From Arcobacter sp. (GTDB lineage Bacteria; Campylobacterota; Campylobacteria; Campylobacterales; Arcobacteraceae): a stretch of 64,000 bases of DNA. Shown here piece by piece: positions 8,473 to 18,573 of this stretch. The stretch lies in the NCBI RefSeq assembly GCF_050294675.1, contig NZ_JBNKON010000032.1. The stretch is one strand, 5' to 3'. Positions within the stretch are counted from its first letter, which is position 1, and every line of letters starts with the position of its first letter. The notes under the pieces are model-generated. The model worked only from the letters and a program-made list of their open reading frames with translations, made no database searches and was not told where the DNA came from. A program made the translations under genes and the position numbers.

Positions 8473-10577
8473 ATGAAAAAAAATTGATAAAAATTGCTCT
8501 AGTTGGGCAGCCAAATGTTGGTAAATCGATGCTTATTAATTCAATTTCAAACTCTAAATTAAAAGTTGGAAATTTCTCAGGGGTTACAGTTGAAAAAAAA
8601 CAAATAGAATTCCAATACAATGATTATCTTTTTCAAATCACAGACTTACCAGGTTCATATTCCCTAAACGAATATACAATTGAAGAAAAAGTTACAAAAA
8701 GTTATCTTGAAAAAGGTGATTATGACATTATCTTAAATGTACTTGATTCTACAAATCTAGAAAGAAACTTATACCTTACAACTGAACTATTAGCCTTAGA
8801 TAAAAAAATGATTATTGCTTTAAATATGAGTGATGAAGCAGACAATGAGGGATTAATAATAGATGAAAACCAATTAAGTAAAATAATTGGTAAACCTTGC
8901 GTTAAAACATCTGCTAAAAATAGAACAGGTATAGATACTTTAATAAAAACTTTAATTGAAAAATACAACTCTCCTAAATTTGAATCAAAACTAATTTTTT
9001 CAAATGTAATTGAAGAAGAAATATCTAATATTAAAACCCTTTTAATAGAAAAAAAATATGAAAGTGATGTTCACTATAGAGAAGTAGCTATTAAACTTTT
9101 ACAAGAAGATAAAAAAACTTTTTTAAAGTTCCATGATGAACCTATCTGGATAGAACTTCAACCTTTACTAAATGAAGCCTTTGAACATATTTATTTACAC
9201 TACAATACAAAAGATTTAGATGAAATCTTTGCAGATGAAAAAAATGCCTTTGCAAGAGGTGCAACACAAGAGGTTATTACATCAAAAAAAGAGTATGAAA
9301 AAGATTTAAGCTCAAAGATTGATTCAGTATTAATAAATAAGATTTTAGGAATCCCAATATTTCTATTTTTTATGTGGGGACTTTTCCAACTTACCTTTGA
9401 ACTTGGTAGTATTCCTATGGATATAATAGACTCATTTTTTGCTTCATTAGTAGATGGTACAAAAAATATACTTGGAGAGAATGAAATTTCATCTCTTGTT
9501 GGTGATGGTATTATAGCTGGAGTTGGTGCAGTAATTTTATTTTTGCCAAACATTGTAATACTATTTTTTGGAATTGCATTACTTGAAACTACTGGATATA
9601 TGAGTAGAGTTGCTTTTTTACTTGATGGCTTTTTTCATAAATTTGGATTACACGGAAAATCATTTATTCCTTTAGTTACAGGCTTTGGGTGTTCAGTTCC
9701 AGCTTATATGGCTGCAAGAACACTTAAAAACGATAGGGATAGATTATTAACACTATTTATTATCGGATTTATGTCTTGTGGGGCAAGACTACCTATATAT
9801 GTTTTATTTACTGGTGCTTTTTTTGCTGGAGAAAATGCAGGTAATATCCTATTTTTAATATATATTACAGGTGCCCTACTTGGATTGATTGCAGCTAAAC
9901 TTTTAAAAATAACTGTTTTTAAAAGTGAAGATGAACCTTTTGTAATGGAAATGCCAAAATATAGATTGCCAACTTTTAAATTAGTTTGGCATACTGTTTC
10001 AAATCAAGCATTAATGTATTTAAGAAAAGCTGGTACATATATTCTTGCAGCATCAATATTAATTTGGTTTGCATCAAATTACCCAAAAGATATAGAATTT
10101 GAAACAAAAATAAATATGCAAATAGAACAAACAACAAGTGAAGAAAAAAAACAAGAGTTACAAAATACTCTAATACAATATAATCTTGAAAACTCATATC
10201 TAGGAATTATAGGAAAATTTTCTCAGCCATTTTTTGAACCATTAGGTTTTGATTGGAGAATGACAGTTGCCTTAGAAACTGGACTTGCAGCAAAAGAGAT
10301 TGTTGTTTCTACATTAGGTATTTTATATGGTTTAGGTGATGAATTAAATGAACAAAGTGAGACTTTACTTAATAAAATAAAAAATAACATCCCAATAACT
10401 TCAGCACTCTCATTTATAATGTTTGTAATGATTTATATACCTTGTTTAGCAGCATCAATGGTATTTACAAGGGAAGCAGGAGGATGGAAATACTTAGTTT
10501 ATCTATTTGTTTTTACAACATCAACAGCATGGGTTTTATCTTTTATAACTTACAATATAACAAAAGTAGTTACATAA
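8460..10577 (+). CDS. feoB: ferrous iron transporter B (GTPase plus permease)
   Basis: 705 aa. G domain with GQPNVGKS, DLPG and NMSD, followed by a polytopic membrane domain. Confidence 0.95.
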   Translation: MRNLNEKKLIKIALVGQPNVGKSMLINSISNSKLKVGNFSGVTVEKKQIEFQYNDYLFQITDLPGSYSLNEYTIEEKVTKSYLEKGDYDIILNVLDSTNLERNLYLTTELLALDKKMIIALNMSDEADNEGLIIDENQLSKIIGKPCVKTSAKNRTGIDTLIKTLIEKYNSPKFESKLIFSNVIEEEISNIKTLLIEKKYESDVHYREVAIKLLQEDKKTFLKFHDEPIWIELQPLLNEAFEHIYLHYNTKDLDEIFADEKNAFARGATQEVITSKKEYEKDLSSKIDSVLINKILGIPIFLFFMWGLFQLTFELGSIPMDIIDSFFASLVDGTKNILGENEISSLVGDGIIAGVGAVILFLPNIVILFFGIALLETTGYMSRVAFLLDGFFHKFGLHGKSFIPLVTGFGCSVPAYMAARTLKNDRDRLLTLFIIGFMSCGARLPIYVLFTGAFFAGENAGNILFLIYITGALLGLIAAKLLKITVFKSEDEPFVMEMPKYRLPTFKLVWHTVSNQALMYLRKAGTYILAASILIWFASNYPKDIEFETKINMQIEQTTSEEKKQELQNTLIQYNLENSYLGIIGKFSQPFFEPLGFDWRMTVALETGLAAKEIVVSTLGILYGLGDELNEQSETLLNKIKNNIPITSALSFIMFVMIYIPCLAASMVFTREAGGWKYLVYLFVFTTSTAWVLSFITYNITKVVT

Positions 10578-10588
10578 TTTTTATGTGA

Positions 10589-10927
10589 TTACTCTTCTGC
10601 TTTTATCTCAAAAGTTGTATTATAAACTTGTTCTTTATCTGTTACTCTAAAAGTCCAAACTCCAAGTTCTCTACCACTTAAATATCTAAAATCGTACACT
10701 GAACCATGCCCTGATGGAAAAAGAACTTTTCTAGTTCTTGATATCTCCCCTTCTGGATTTATCCATTCCATTGTAACGAATTTATCTTCGATTGAACGTT
10801 CTGTCATATATTTACAAATTATTGAATTCTCTTCTTTTATAACTAAACAATCAACTTCACTACCAATATAATCACTTGCAACACAAGATGAGATTATTAG
10901 AAATGCAGTTAATAATAATTTTTTCAT
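10589..10927 (-). CDS. small lipoprotein, function unknown
   Basis: Start taken at the internal MKKLLLTAFLIISSC (lipobox ISSC). The longer track ORF (to 11026) would overlap bpt by 65 nt. Confidence 0.5.
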   Translation of the reverse strand: MKKLLLTAFLIISSCVASDYIGSEVDCLVIKEENSIICKYMTERSIEDKFVTMEWINPEGEISRTRKVLFPSGHGSVYDFRYLSGRELGVWTFRVTDKEQVYNTTFEIKAEE

Positions 10928-10961
10928 ATCTATCCTTAAAATAATCATGCAACAAGGTTTA

Positions 10962-11699
10962 TTATACCTTATATTTGTTCCAAATAGTATCCTCTTCCAA
11001 AGAAGCTCGATTTTCAAGGACTTCAAAAGGAGTATAAGCCTCTTTATAACCCATAGAAAAATGATCTTTTATCCAATATCCTAAATAAATATATGGTATT
11101 TTAAGTTGTTTAGCAATTTTTATTTGTGCTAAAATTGAAAATTTTCCAATTGAAAATTTTTCATAATCATGGTCATAAAAACAATAAATTGAAGAGATAG
11201 ATTTATCTAAAATGTCAGTCAAAGCAACACCGATTAACTTATCATCTCTCATATATAAAAACTCTTTTGTGTATGAAGTTTTACCTTCCACATATGACCT
11301 ATTATACTCCATAGGCTCTATTGGAGAATAAGGCCACCCTTTTTTTTCATTCATAAAGCTATGGTACTTATCATATAAATTTAAATGATCGATTGAAATT
11401 GAAGGGGGTTGAATATAAACCTTTGTATTTTTATTTTTGGCTAATACTCTTTTTTCTGATTTAGAGAATTTATAATTTTCAACATCTATTCTAATACTTA
11501 TACACTTTGTACAATTATTACACTCTGGAACAAAGTGCATTCTTCCAAATCTTCTCCAACCATGCTCAAGCATATTTTGATAATCATCAGGAGTACAATT
11601 TCTTAAGTATCTGTATCTTATATCAGATATTTCATTGTCAAAATAAGAACAATCTTTATTATTCTCAACAAACTCTACTTCATCATTTATTAATTGCAT
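10962..11699 (-). CDS. bpt: arginyltransferase-family Asp/Glu leucyltransferase (bacterial Bpt)
   Basis: 245 aa. HGWRRFGRMHFVPECNNCTKCISIR, then a C-terminal acyltransferase region (FSIGKFSILAQI...YLGYWI) characteristic of the ATE/Bpt family. Confidence 0.8.
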   Translation of the reverse strand: MQLINDEVEFVENNKDCSYFDNEISDIRYRYLRNCTPDDYQNMLEHGWRRFGRMHFVPECNNCTKCISIRIDVENYKFSKSEKRVLAKNKNTKVYIQPPSISIDHLNLYDKYHSFMNEKKGWPYSPIEPMEYNRSYVEGKTSYTKEFLYMRDDKLIGVALTDILDKSISSIYCFYDHDYEKFSIGKFSILAQIKIAKQLKIPYIYLGYWIKDHFSMGYKEAYTPFEVLENRASLEEDTIWNKYKV

Positions 11700-11701
11700 C
11701 T

Positions 11702-12442
11702 TTACTCGTTTATTTTTTCTTTTATCTCTTTAGCTATTGCGGAAATTCTTTTAATTTTTTCACTATTACTTAAGCTATCATCAATTATATGTTTTACAAA
11801 TGCAGAGCCAACTATTACTCCATCTACACCTTTAACTTTCTCTTTTGCAGTTTTTTCATCTACTCCAAAACCAATATAAAGTGGTGTTTGAGTATATTTT
11901 TTAACATTTTCTATTATAGATGTCAAGTCTTCGCTTTGACCACTACCTGTTATTCCTGCATATGCAACCAAATAGACAAATTCACTTGAATTTTCCACAA
12001 CCCTTTTTATTCTCTCTTCACTATGTGTTGGAGCAACAAAAGAGATTATTGATTGGTTATATTCTTTTGCTAAATCTTGATATTTAAGAGCTTCTTCATA
12101 TGGTAAGTCAGGGATAATAGCACCTTTTATACCACACTCTTTTGCTTTAGAAAAAAACTTTTCAACACCCATATGATAAAATGGATTTGCATAACCCATC
12201 CATAAAGTTCTAAGTTCAGGTGCAATTTTTGCAGATACTTCAAATAAATCTTTTAATTTAAAACCATTTTCCAAAGCAATTAAATTTGCTTTTTCAATAA
12301 CTGGACCATCAGCAACTGGGTCAGAAAAAGGTATTCCTAATTCTAAAATATCAACACCTGCATCTCTCATTGATAATGCTAAATCTAAAGTAAAATTGTT
12401 TTCAGGTAGTGATGAAGTAATATATCCAACAAGTTTTTTCAA
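11702..12442 (-). CDS. trpA: tryptophan synthase alpha chain
   Basis: 246 aa. ELGIPFSDPVADGPVIE and GFGV motifs. No trpB is adjacent. Confidence 0.9.
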   Translation of the reverse strand: MKKLVGYITSSLPENNFTLDLALSMRDAGVDILELGIPFSDPVADGPVIEKANLIALENGFKLKDLFEVSAKIAPELRTLWMGYANPFYHMGVEKFFSKAKECGIKGAIIPDLPYEEALKYQDLAKEYNQSIISFVAPTHSEERIKRVVENSSEFVYLVAYAGITGSGQSEDLTSIIENVKKYTQTPLYIGFGVDEKTAKEKVKGVDGVIVGSAFVKHIIDDSLSNSEKIKRISAIAKEIKEKINE

Positions 12443-12622
12443 AATATAATCCTAATAAAATATTAATTTTTAATTATTCTATCTAATTTTATCTTGAAGA
12501 GATATGAGAATAAACATCAGAATAAATATTAAAATATTTATCAAAGAGCTATATATTTCGATTTTTCAAAAAAAAGGATATTTTAGATACAATTATTACT
12601 TATAAATTTCAAGGATTATTCA

Positions 12623-13477
12623 GTGAGTATTATTAAAAATGATTTTCAAGGAAACTTACCATCTAGTAATGGTACCGCATCTGCTAGTTTTGAAAAAATG
12701 AGTATTAGCAAAATAAAAAAAGCAAAAAATAATAAAAAATTGACAATGATAACAGCCTATGATGCACTATTTGCAAAACTTTTTGAAGAGATTGCAGATA
12801 TTATTTTAGTAGGTGATAGTTTAAATATGAGTTTTGCTGGAAAACCTGATACTTTATCTGCAACACTTGAACAAATGATTTATCATACAAATGCTGTATG
12901 TAATGGGGCAAAAGAAGCATTTGTTGTACTAGATATGCCTTTTGGCACATATATTAACAAAGATGAAGCACTAACAAACGCTGTAAAAGTTTATCAAGAA
13001 ACCAATGCAGCTGCCATTAAAATTGAAGGTGGAGAAGATAGAGCTGAAATTGTTTCACACCTTACAAAAAACTCTATTGCAGTTATGGGACACATTGGGC
13101 TTATGCCACAATATGTTAGAAGTGAAGGTGGATACAAAGTTAGGGGAAAATCCCAAGAGGATAAAGAACAATTAATAAAAGATGCTATTGCTATTGAAAA
13201 AGCTGGTGCTTTTTGTATTGTAATTGAAGGTGTTATGAGTGATGTTGCAAAAGAGATAAGTGATACCATTTCTATTCCAACAATTGGAATTGGTGCTGGT
13301 AAAGACACGGATGGTCAAGTTTTAGTTTGGTCTGATATGTTAGGCTTTTTTGAAGAATTTAAACCAAAATTTGTAAGACATTACTTAGATGGTGCAAAAC
13401 TTGTAAAAGATGCTGTTAAACAATATAAATCTGATGTCCAAAATAAAACTTTTCCTAGTAAAGAAGAGGAATATTAA
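12623..13477 (+). CDS. panB: 3-methyl-2-oxobutanoate hydroxymethyltransferase
   Basis: [33 protein letters not shown] motifs. The track start is GTG 12623. ATG 12698 (MSISKIKK...) gives a more typical N-terminus and may be the true start. Confidence 0.9.
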   Translation: MSIIKNDFQGNLPSSNGTASASFEKMSISKIKKAKNNKKLTMITAYDALFAKLFEEIADIILVGDSLNMSFAGKPDTLSATLEQMIYHTNAVCNGAKEAFVVLDMPFGTYINKDEALTNAVKVYQETNAAAIKIEGGEDRAEIVSHLTKNSIAVMGHIGLMPQYVRSEGGYKVRGKSQEDKEQLIKDAIAIEKAGAFCIVIEGVMSDVAKEISDTISIPTIGIGAGKDTDGQVLVWSDMLGFFEEFKPKFVRHYLDGAKLVKDAVKQYKSDVQNKTFPSKEEEY

Positions 13478-13479
13478 AA

Positions 13480-14496
13480 GTGGATGATAGACTAGTAAAT
13501 GTAGAACAAATCTCTTTTGAAGATGAAAGTACAGAAGTAAATTTACGACCTTCATCATGGGATGATTATATAGGTCAAGAAAAAATCAAAAAAAATTTAC
13601 GTGTTTTTATTGATGCTAGTAAAAAAAGAAGTGAAGCACTGGACCATATCTTATTTTATGGACCTCCAGGATTAGGTAAAACTACATTATCTTATCTTAT
13701 TTCAAATGAAATGAACTCAAATATTAAAATTACAGCAGGTCCAATGATAGAAAAATCAGGAGATTTAGCTGCAATTTTGACAAATCTTGATGAGGGAGAT
13801 ATACTTTTTATAGATGAAATCCACAGACTAAGTCCAGCAGTTGAAGAGATACTTTATCCTGCCATGGAGGATTATAGACTTGATATTATAATTGGAAGTG
13901 GACCAGCAGCACAAACTGTAAAAATTGACCTTCCAAGATTTACACTAATTGGAGCTACAACTAGAGCTGGAATGTTATCAAATCCACTTAGAGAAAGATT
14001 TGGTATGCACTTTAGAATGCAATTTTATTCCCATGATGAATTATCAAAAATTATTCAAAAAGCTGGTTCAAAACTAAATAAAGAGTGTGAAAAAAATGCA
14101 AGTTTAGAGATTGCAAGAAGAAGTCGAGGGACACCAAGAATTGCCCTTAGACTTTTAAGACGAGTAAGAGATTTTGCAGAGGTTGAAAATGAACAATCAA
14201 TTCAATTAAAAAGATGTCAATATGCCTTAGATGAATTAGGTGTAAATGAAACAGGTTTTGACGAGATGGATATAAACTTACTTGAACTTTTAGTATCAAA
14301 TAGAGGTAAACCTATGGGGTTATCAACAATTGCAGCGGCATTGAGTGAAGATGAAGGAACAATTGAAGATGCCATTGAGCCATATTTATTGGCAAATGGA
14401 TATATAGAACGAACAGCTAGAGGAAGAGTTGCAAGTGTTAAAACATATGAACTATTTAGATTAACAGCACCTATTACAGAAGGTAAACTATTTTGA
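13480..14496 (+). CDS. ruvB: Holliday junction branch migration helicase RuvB
   Basis: 338 aa. [30 protein letters not shown], and the arginine finger region. GTG start. Confidence 0.95.
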   Translation: MDDRLVNVEQISFEDESTEVNLRPSSWDDYIGQEKIKKNLRVFIDASKKRSEALDHILFYGPPGLGKTTLSYLISNEMNSNIKITAGPMIEKSGDLAAILTNLDEGDILFIDEIHRLSPAVEEILYPAMEDYRLDIIIGSGPAAQTVKIDLPRFTLIGATTRAGMLSNPLRERFGMHFRMQFYSHDELSKIIQKAGSKLNKECEKNASLEIARRSRGTPRIALRLLRRVRDFAEVENEQSIQLKRCQYALDELGVNETGFDEMDINLLELLVSNRGKPMGLSTIAAALSEDEGTIEDAIEPYLLANGYIERTARGRVASVKTYELFRLTAPITEGKLF

Positions 14497-15551
14497 AACC
14501 ACAAAATTTTTTAATTATTATAGGAACAATTACCCTATACTTTTTATTTGAACTTTTTAACCCTTACTTAAAATCAATGACCGTTGCCCTTTTATTAGCT
14601 GTTGCTACAAACTCTTTGAGTCTATATATAACTGCGAAAATACCTAATAAGTTTTTTTCTTCATTAATTATGACCATAATACTAACTTTAGTATTTTTTA
14701 TTCCACTAATTTATTGTGTATTCTCTTTTGCAACATTAATTAATAATATAGACCAACAAGCATTAGCAAAAATGCTGACAAAACTTGAATCATGGGTTAC
14801 CCTTTTACCAAATGACTTTACATTAGTAAAAGAGCAATTAATGGAGGCTATTGATAAAATAAATATTAAAGCGTACATAGAAAATCTTCTATCTTTTGGA
14901 GCATATTTAGGTAAAAATTCAGCAAAATTTATACTTGATATGGTAATGATATTAATCTTTTATTTCTTTTTTAACTTTTATTCTATTCCATTATCAAACT
15001 ATTTTAAAAGCTTACTTCCTTTAAAAAAAGAAGATGCTAGTGCACTATTTTTTGAATCATCAACTGTTATGAGTGTTGTTTTATACTCAATTCTTGCAAC
15101 AGCAATTTTAGAAGGTTTTTTATTTGGAATATTTATTTCATTTTTTGGATATGATGGAATTTTACTTGGAGTATTATATGGATTTGCTTCATTGATTCCT
15201 GTTGTTGGTGGACTTATTATGTGGCTTCCGATGGCATTATATGAAGGTTTTACTGTTTCTTCCACAAATGCAATTATAATTGCAATATACTCAATTGTAG
15301 TAATTTCAATTATTGCAGATACATTTATAAAACCAGTCATAATTAAATTTATTAATTTGAGAGTTGTAAAAACAAAAGCAAACATCAATGAACTTTTAAT
15401 CTTTTTCTCTATAATAGCTGGTCTTTCAACATTTGGATTTTGGGGTATGATTATTGGACCTGCAATGGTTACCTTTTTTATATCAATTATTCAACTACTT
15501 AAAAAGTTTTCAAATGAATATTCTATAAAAAAAGTAGATGATGAAATTTAG
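14493..15551 (+). CDS. AI-2E family (PerM-like) transporter
   Basis: 352 aa, about 8 TM segments. The conserved C-terminal region [15 protein letters not shown]...IKPVII is typical of the family. There is a 4-nt overlap with ruvB. Confidence 0.75.
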   Translation: MKPQNFLIIIGTITLYFLFELFNPYLKSMTVALLLAVATNSLSLYITAKIPNKFFSSLIMTIILTLVFFIPLIYCVFSFATLINNIDQQALAKMLTKLESWVTLLPNDFTLVKEQLMEAIDKINIKAYIENLLSFGAYLGKNSAKFILDMVMILIFYFFFNFYSIPLSNYFKSLLPLKKEDASALFFESSTVMSVVLYSILATAILEGFLFGIFISFFGYDGILLGVLYGFASLIPVVGGLIMWLPMALYEGFTVSSTNAIIIAIYSIVVISIIADTFIKPVIIKFINLRVVKTKANINELLIFFSIIAGLSTFGFWGMIIGPAMVTFFISIIQLLKKFSNEYSIKKVDDEI

Positions 15552-16645
15552 TTGAAATTAATTATATTTTTTTCAATAAATTCATCAAAATCATTTGATA
15601 AATAAACGCTCTTATCTACCTCTAGCCAAGTTAAATCTTTAAGATAAGATAACTCATTTGGAAGATGCGTAATATTATTATTTGATAGATTAAACTCTTT
15701 TAATTTTGAAAGATTATCTAAGTTATGAGGTAAGTTAATTAAACAATTATTTGATAACCACAACTCTTTTAAATTTGACAATTTTGATACCTCATTTGGA
15801 ATAGTTTTTAAATTATTACTATAAACCCAAAGATCAGTTAATTCTTGTAAATTTCCTATTGATGAAGGAAGTTTTTCCAACCTATTTTCATATAACCACA
15901 ATATTCGTAATTTTCGTAGTTCACCGAGACTTTCTGGTAATTCAACAAGATAATTATGATTTACAAGTAATTCAGTAAGATTTTTTAAATTCCCAATATC
16001 ATTTGGTAAAGATTCTAATTTATTGTTAAAAATACTTAAACTATCAAGATTTTCTAAATTACAAATACTACTTGGCAATATTCTTAACTGATTACCCAAC
16101 AAATTTAGCTTGACTAAATTTTTAAGTTGTCCAAATTTTGTAGGTAAAGAAGTTAAAGAGTTTTCAAATAATGCTAAAACTTCTAAATTTTTAAGTTCAC
16201 ATATTTCATCTGGCAATCTTGATAAATTATTTTTTGATAAACTTAACTCCACTAAATTTTGTAAATTTTTAATCTCTTTGGGGATAAATCTCAATCTATT
16301 TTTATATAAATGTAGCTTCTTTAATTTGGTTAAATTACATATTTCTCTTGGCAAATATGTCAGATTGTATTTAGATAAATTTAACTCTTCCAAATCCAAT
16401 AAAGCTTGTTTATCCCTTGGTAATCCCCTTGGATACTTACTATTAAAACCTTTATTAATATAATACAAATCATCAATTTTATTTTCATCTGCCCAATCAA
16501 AAATTCGTGTAACCCAAGAATCATCCAATAATATATCAATTGGATTTTCTAAAATTTTTTGAGTATATAAAATTAACGTTTTGCTTTTAAAAAGCTCCAT
16601 ATATGGAGTTGTACCTTTTATAATTAACCCTGCTCTACTAGTCAT
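15548..16645 (-). CDS. leucine-rich repeat protein (11 tandem 23-residue LRRs)
   Basis: Repeats fit LxxLxLxxNxLxxLPxxIxxLxx from aa 96 to 348 of the track ORF. About 95 aa at the N-terminus are non-repeat, and there is no signal peptide. The track start is GTG 16678, which overlaps the upstream gene. ATG 16645 (MTSRAGL) avoids that overlap. Confidence 0.85.
   Translation of the reverse strand: MTSRAGLIIKGTTPYMELFKSKTLILYTQKILENPIDILLDDSWVTRIFDWADENKIDDLYYINKGFNSKYPRGLPRDKQALLDLEELNLSKYNLTYLPREICNLTKLKKLHLYKNRLRFIPKEIKNLQNLVELSLSKNNLSRLPDEICELKNLEVLALFENSLTSLPTKFGQLKNLVKLNLLGNQLRILPSSICNLENLDSLSIFNNKLESLPNDIGNLKNLTELLVNHNYLVELPESLGELRKLRILWLYENRLEKLPSSIGNLQELTDLWVYSNNLKTIPNEVSKLSNLKELWLSNNCLINLPHNLDNLSKLKEFNLSNNNITHLPNELSYLKDLTWLEVDKSVYLSNDFDEFIEKNIINFN
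15635..16393 (-). repeat. coding tandem array: 11 x 69-nt LRR units
   Basis: Units read LEELNLSKYNLTYLPREICNLTK / LKKLHLYKNRLRFIPKEIKNLQN / ... / LKEFNLSNNNITHLPNELSYLKD. Confidence 0.85.
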
Positions 16646-16655
16646 ATTTACTCTT

Positions 16656-17594
16656 TTATATTGTTGTGGAATATTCACGCATTTTTGCGACCAAGTTTTC
16701 TTTTTCTTCTTTTAACTCTTGTTTCATTTCAAATATATATTCATCTAAATCATCAATTTTATTTATTAAAATAAAAGTTTCATCTTTTTTGATTATCTCA
16801 ATTTCTGTTTTAGCTAATTTTATTTTTTCCCTTGCTAATTCAATTTTATTTTTTAAAATATTTCTATCAAATAACGCATCAGAATCACAAGAAAATGTTT
16901 CACCATTTAATAAGCTATTTAATATCAAAGATACTTTTTTTAAATTGTTTTGTTGATATGCTGCATTTAACTCTTTAAAAATCTCTTCTGCTTTATCTTT
17001 TTTACTATCCTCAATAATATCTGGATGACATAATCTACTAGCTTTTTTATAAAGTCTTTTTAACTCTATTTTTTCTTTTTTAGAAAGTTCAAAGGGATCA
17101 TCAAGTTTAAACTTTTTTACCTCTTGATGAAAATTTTCAAAATCTTTTTTGGCTTCAAAATACTCATACTCATACTTCTTACCCTCTTTTTTATATAAAA
17201 ATTCAAAGTATTCTTCTCTTAATATAAGTATCTCTTCTATCAATACTCCAACTTCTTTATGGTATCTTCCATTAAAATCATTTATCTTGTTGTGATATTC
17301 TTCAATCTTACAACTTAAAATTAAAAGCTCTTTTTCTAAAACCTTTAATTCTAACTTTAAGCCTTGAACTTCTTTGTCTTCATGGATAACCAATGATGAA
17401 AATTGAGATAGATATTTGTCTATTAAAGTTATAACTTCTTGAAAATTTGTATCTTCAATTAATTTGAGTATGTTTTTTACTTTGTCATCGATTTGTAAAG
17501 AGTAAAGTCTATGAACTTGAGGATAAAGGCTCTCTTCATCTTCAATTGCAATACAACTTTTAATGATTTCTAATCTCTTTAAAATCTCTTTCAT
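16656..17594 (-). CDS. J-domain (DnaJ-like, HPD motif) protein with flanking coiled coils
   Basis: 312 aa. KRLYKKASRLCHPDIIEDSKKDKAEEIFKELNAAYQ is a J-domain helix II-HPD-helix III signature at aa 178-215. The N- and C-terminal parts are heptad-rich E/K/L sequence. No Zn-finger or DnaJ C-terminal domain is present. Confidence 0.7.
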   Translation of the reverse strand: MKEILKRLEIIKSCIAIEDEESLYPQVHRLYSLQIDDKVKNILKLIEDTNFQEVITLIDKYLSQFSSLVIHEDKEVQGLKLELKVLEKELLILSCKIEEYHNKINDFNGRYHKEVGVLIEEILILREEYFEFLYKKEGKKYEYEYFEAKKDFENFHQEVKKFKLDDPFELSKKEKIELKRLYKKASRLCHPDIIEDSKKDKAEEIFKELNAAYQQNNLKKVSLILNSLLNGETFSCDSDALFDRNILKNKIELAREKIKLAKTEIEIIKKDETFILINKIDDLDEYIFEMKQELKEEKENLVAKMREYSTTI

Positions 17595-17710
17595 AAGTAC
17601 CTTAATTTTTTTATAAATACACTATATTATACAAGAAGTTTAATCTTCATTTTTTTAAAAAATTAGAGAAAGAAAAAAATTATTTTAAAAATTATTTTAG
17701 ATATTAGAGT

Positions 17711-17738
17711 TATTTTTAGGCTTAAAAGCCTAAAAATA
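17711..17738. terminator. 13-bp perfect inverted repeat, probable terminator after the FTR-like/rhodanese gene
   Basis: tatttttaggctt aa aagcctaaaaata, with A/T runs on both sides. It lies 95 nt downstream of the stop at 17833 and upstream of the J-domain operon promoter region. Confidence 0.4.
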
Positions 17739-17832
17739 GGTATGTGTAGAGATTTTTATTTTTTTTACAATTTTAGAAAAAAAATATTTATGCTAATATT
17801 AAGAAATATAGAAAAATTATTTAATAATTTTT

Positions 17833-18573
17833 CTATTCTCCAGAGAGTAATTCACCTTGATAAGACATTATTCCATAATCTAAATTGCTAACACTTTTGA
17901 AACCATTAGAAAGCATAATAGTTTGACAATATGCACTTCTACTTCCACTGTGGCAATAAACAACAACTGGAATATCTTTTTTATCATCTAATACTTCAAT
18001 TGATTGGTAAAATGATGTTGTTGGAACTAAGTAATCCGTCCCTTTTATTCTATGTCCTACCCACTCCATCCACTCTCTTGTATCTACTAAATTAAAATCA
18101 ATAAATCCTAATTCTCTAGCTTCAAGTAAAGCTTCAACTTCTAGTGCATTTATTTGAGATTTTGTTAAGATTTTTTCACACTCTTCTTTTGTAAATCCTT
18201 TTGAATGGACAATTTCTTCATCTTTTTTAGTGCTATTATTTAAACTATCGACATACTCTTTTGTACAAAAAATACCACAGTGACAGTGACCTTGACTTGG
18301 TATCTCTTTTTTGAGTGCAGGAGTACATGGACAAAGTCTATTGTCTGCTTTATCTTTCTCTTCTTGAGTCTCACCAATTACCATAAAACATGGACAATAT
18401 CTCTTATCATATATAAGTTTATTTCTTGTTAATCCCATTTGGATTGATTCATTTACATCATCTTCAGGATTATAAACAAAACCATGTTCCTCACAAACTT
18501 TATCTGTAAACTGTCTTGTTAGCTCAAAGGTTGTTTGGAACTCATCACTATTGATATCAATCTTTTTTATCAT
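17833..18573 (-). CDS. fusion protein: ferredoxin-thioredoxin reductase catalytic-subunit-like domain + rhodanese domain
   Basis: 246 aa. CPC(F)...CPC(T)...CHCGIFC matches the CPC-CPC-CHC arrangement of the FTR catalytic chain. The C-terminal half has a rhodanese active-site loop, VVVYCHSGSRSAYC. Confidence 0.65.
   Translation of the reverse strand: MIKKIDINSDEFQTTFELTRQFTDKVCEEHGFVYNPEDDVNESIQMGLTRNKLIYDKRYCPCFMVIGETQEEKDKADNRLCPCTPALKKEIPSQGHCHCGIFCTKEYVDSLNNSTKKDEEIVHSKGFTKEECEKILTKSQINALEVEALLEARELGFIDFNLVDTREWMEWVGHRIKGTDYLVPTTSFYQSIEVLDDKKDIPVVVYCHSGSRSAYCQTIMLSNGFKSVSNLDYGIMSYQGELLSGE

Noticed and set aside
10928-11026. N-terminal extensions in the ORF track (also 19191-19235 and 35921-35986)
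   Set aside because: The extensions would overlap the upstream genes by 30-65 nt. Internal ATGs give canonical N-termini (a lipoprotein signal, or FlhB MSEEEKTEDPT) with good Shine-Dalgarno sites.
17675-17698. Perfect tandem 12-mer (aaaaattatttt x2) in the spacer upstream of the J-domain operon
   Set aside because: It is low-complexity A/T sequence with only two copies. This is not distinguishable from chance or from a promoter UP-element-like A/T tract.
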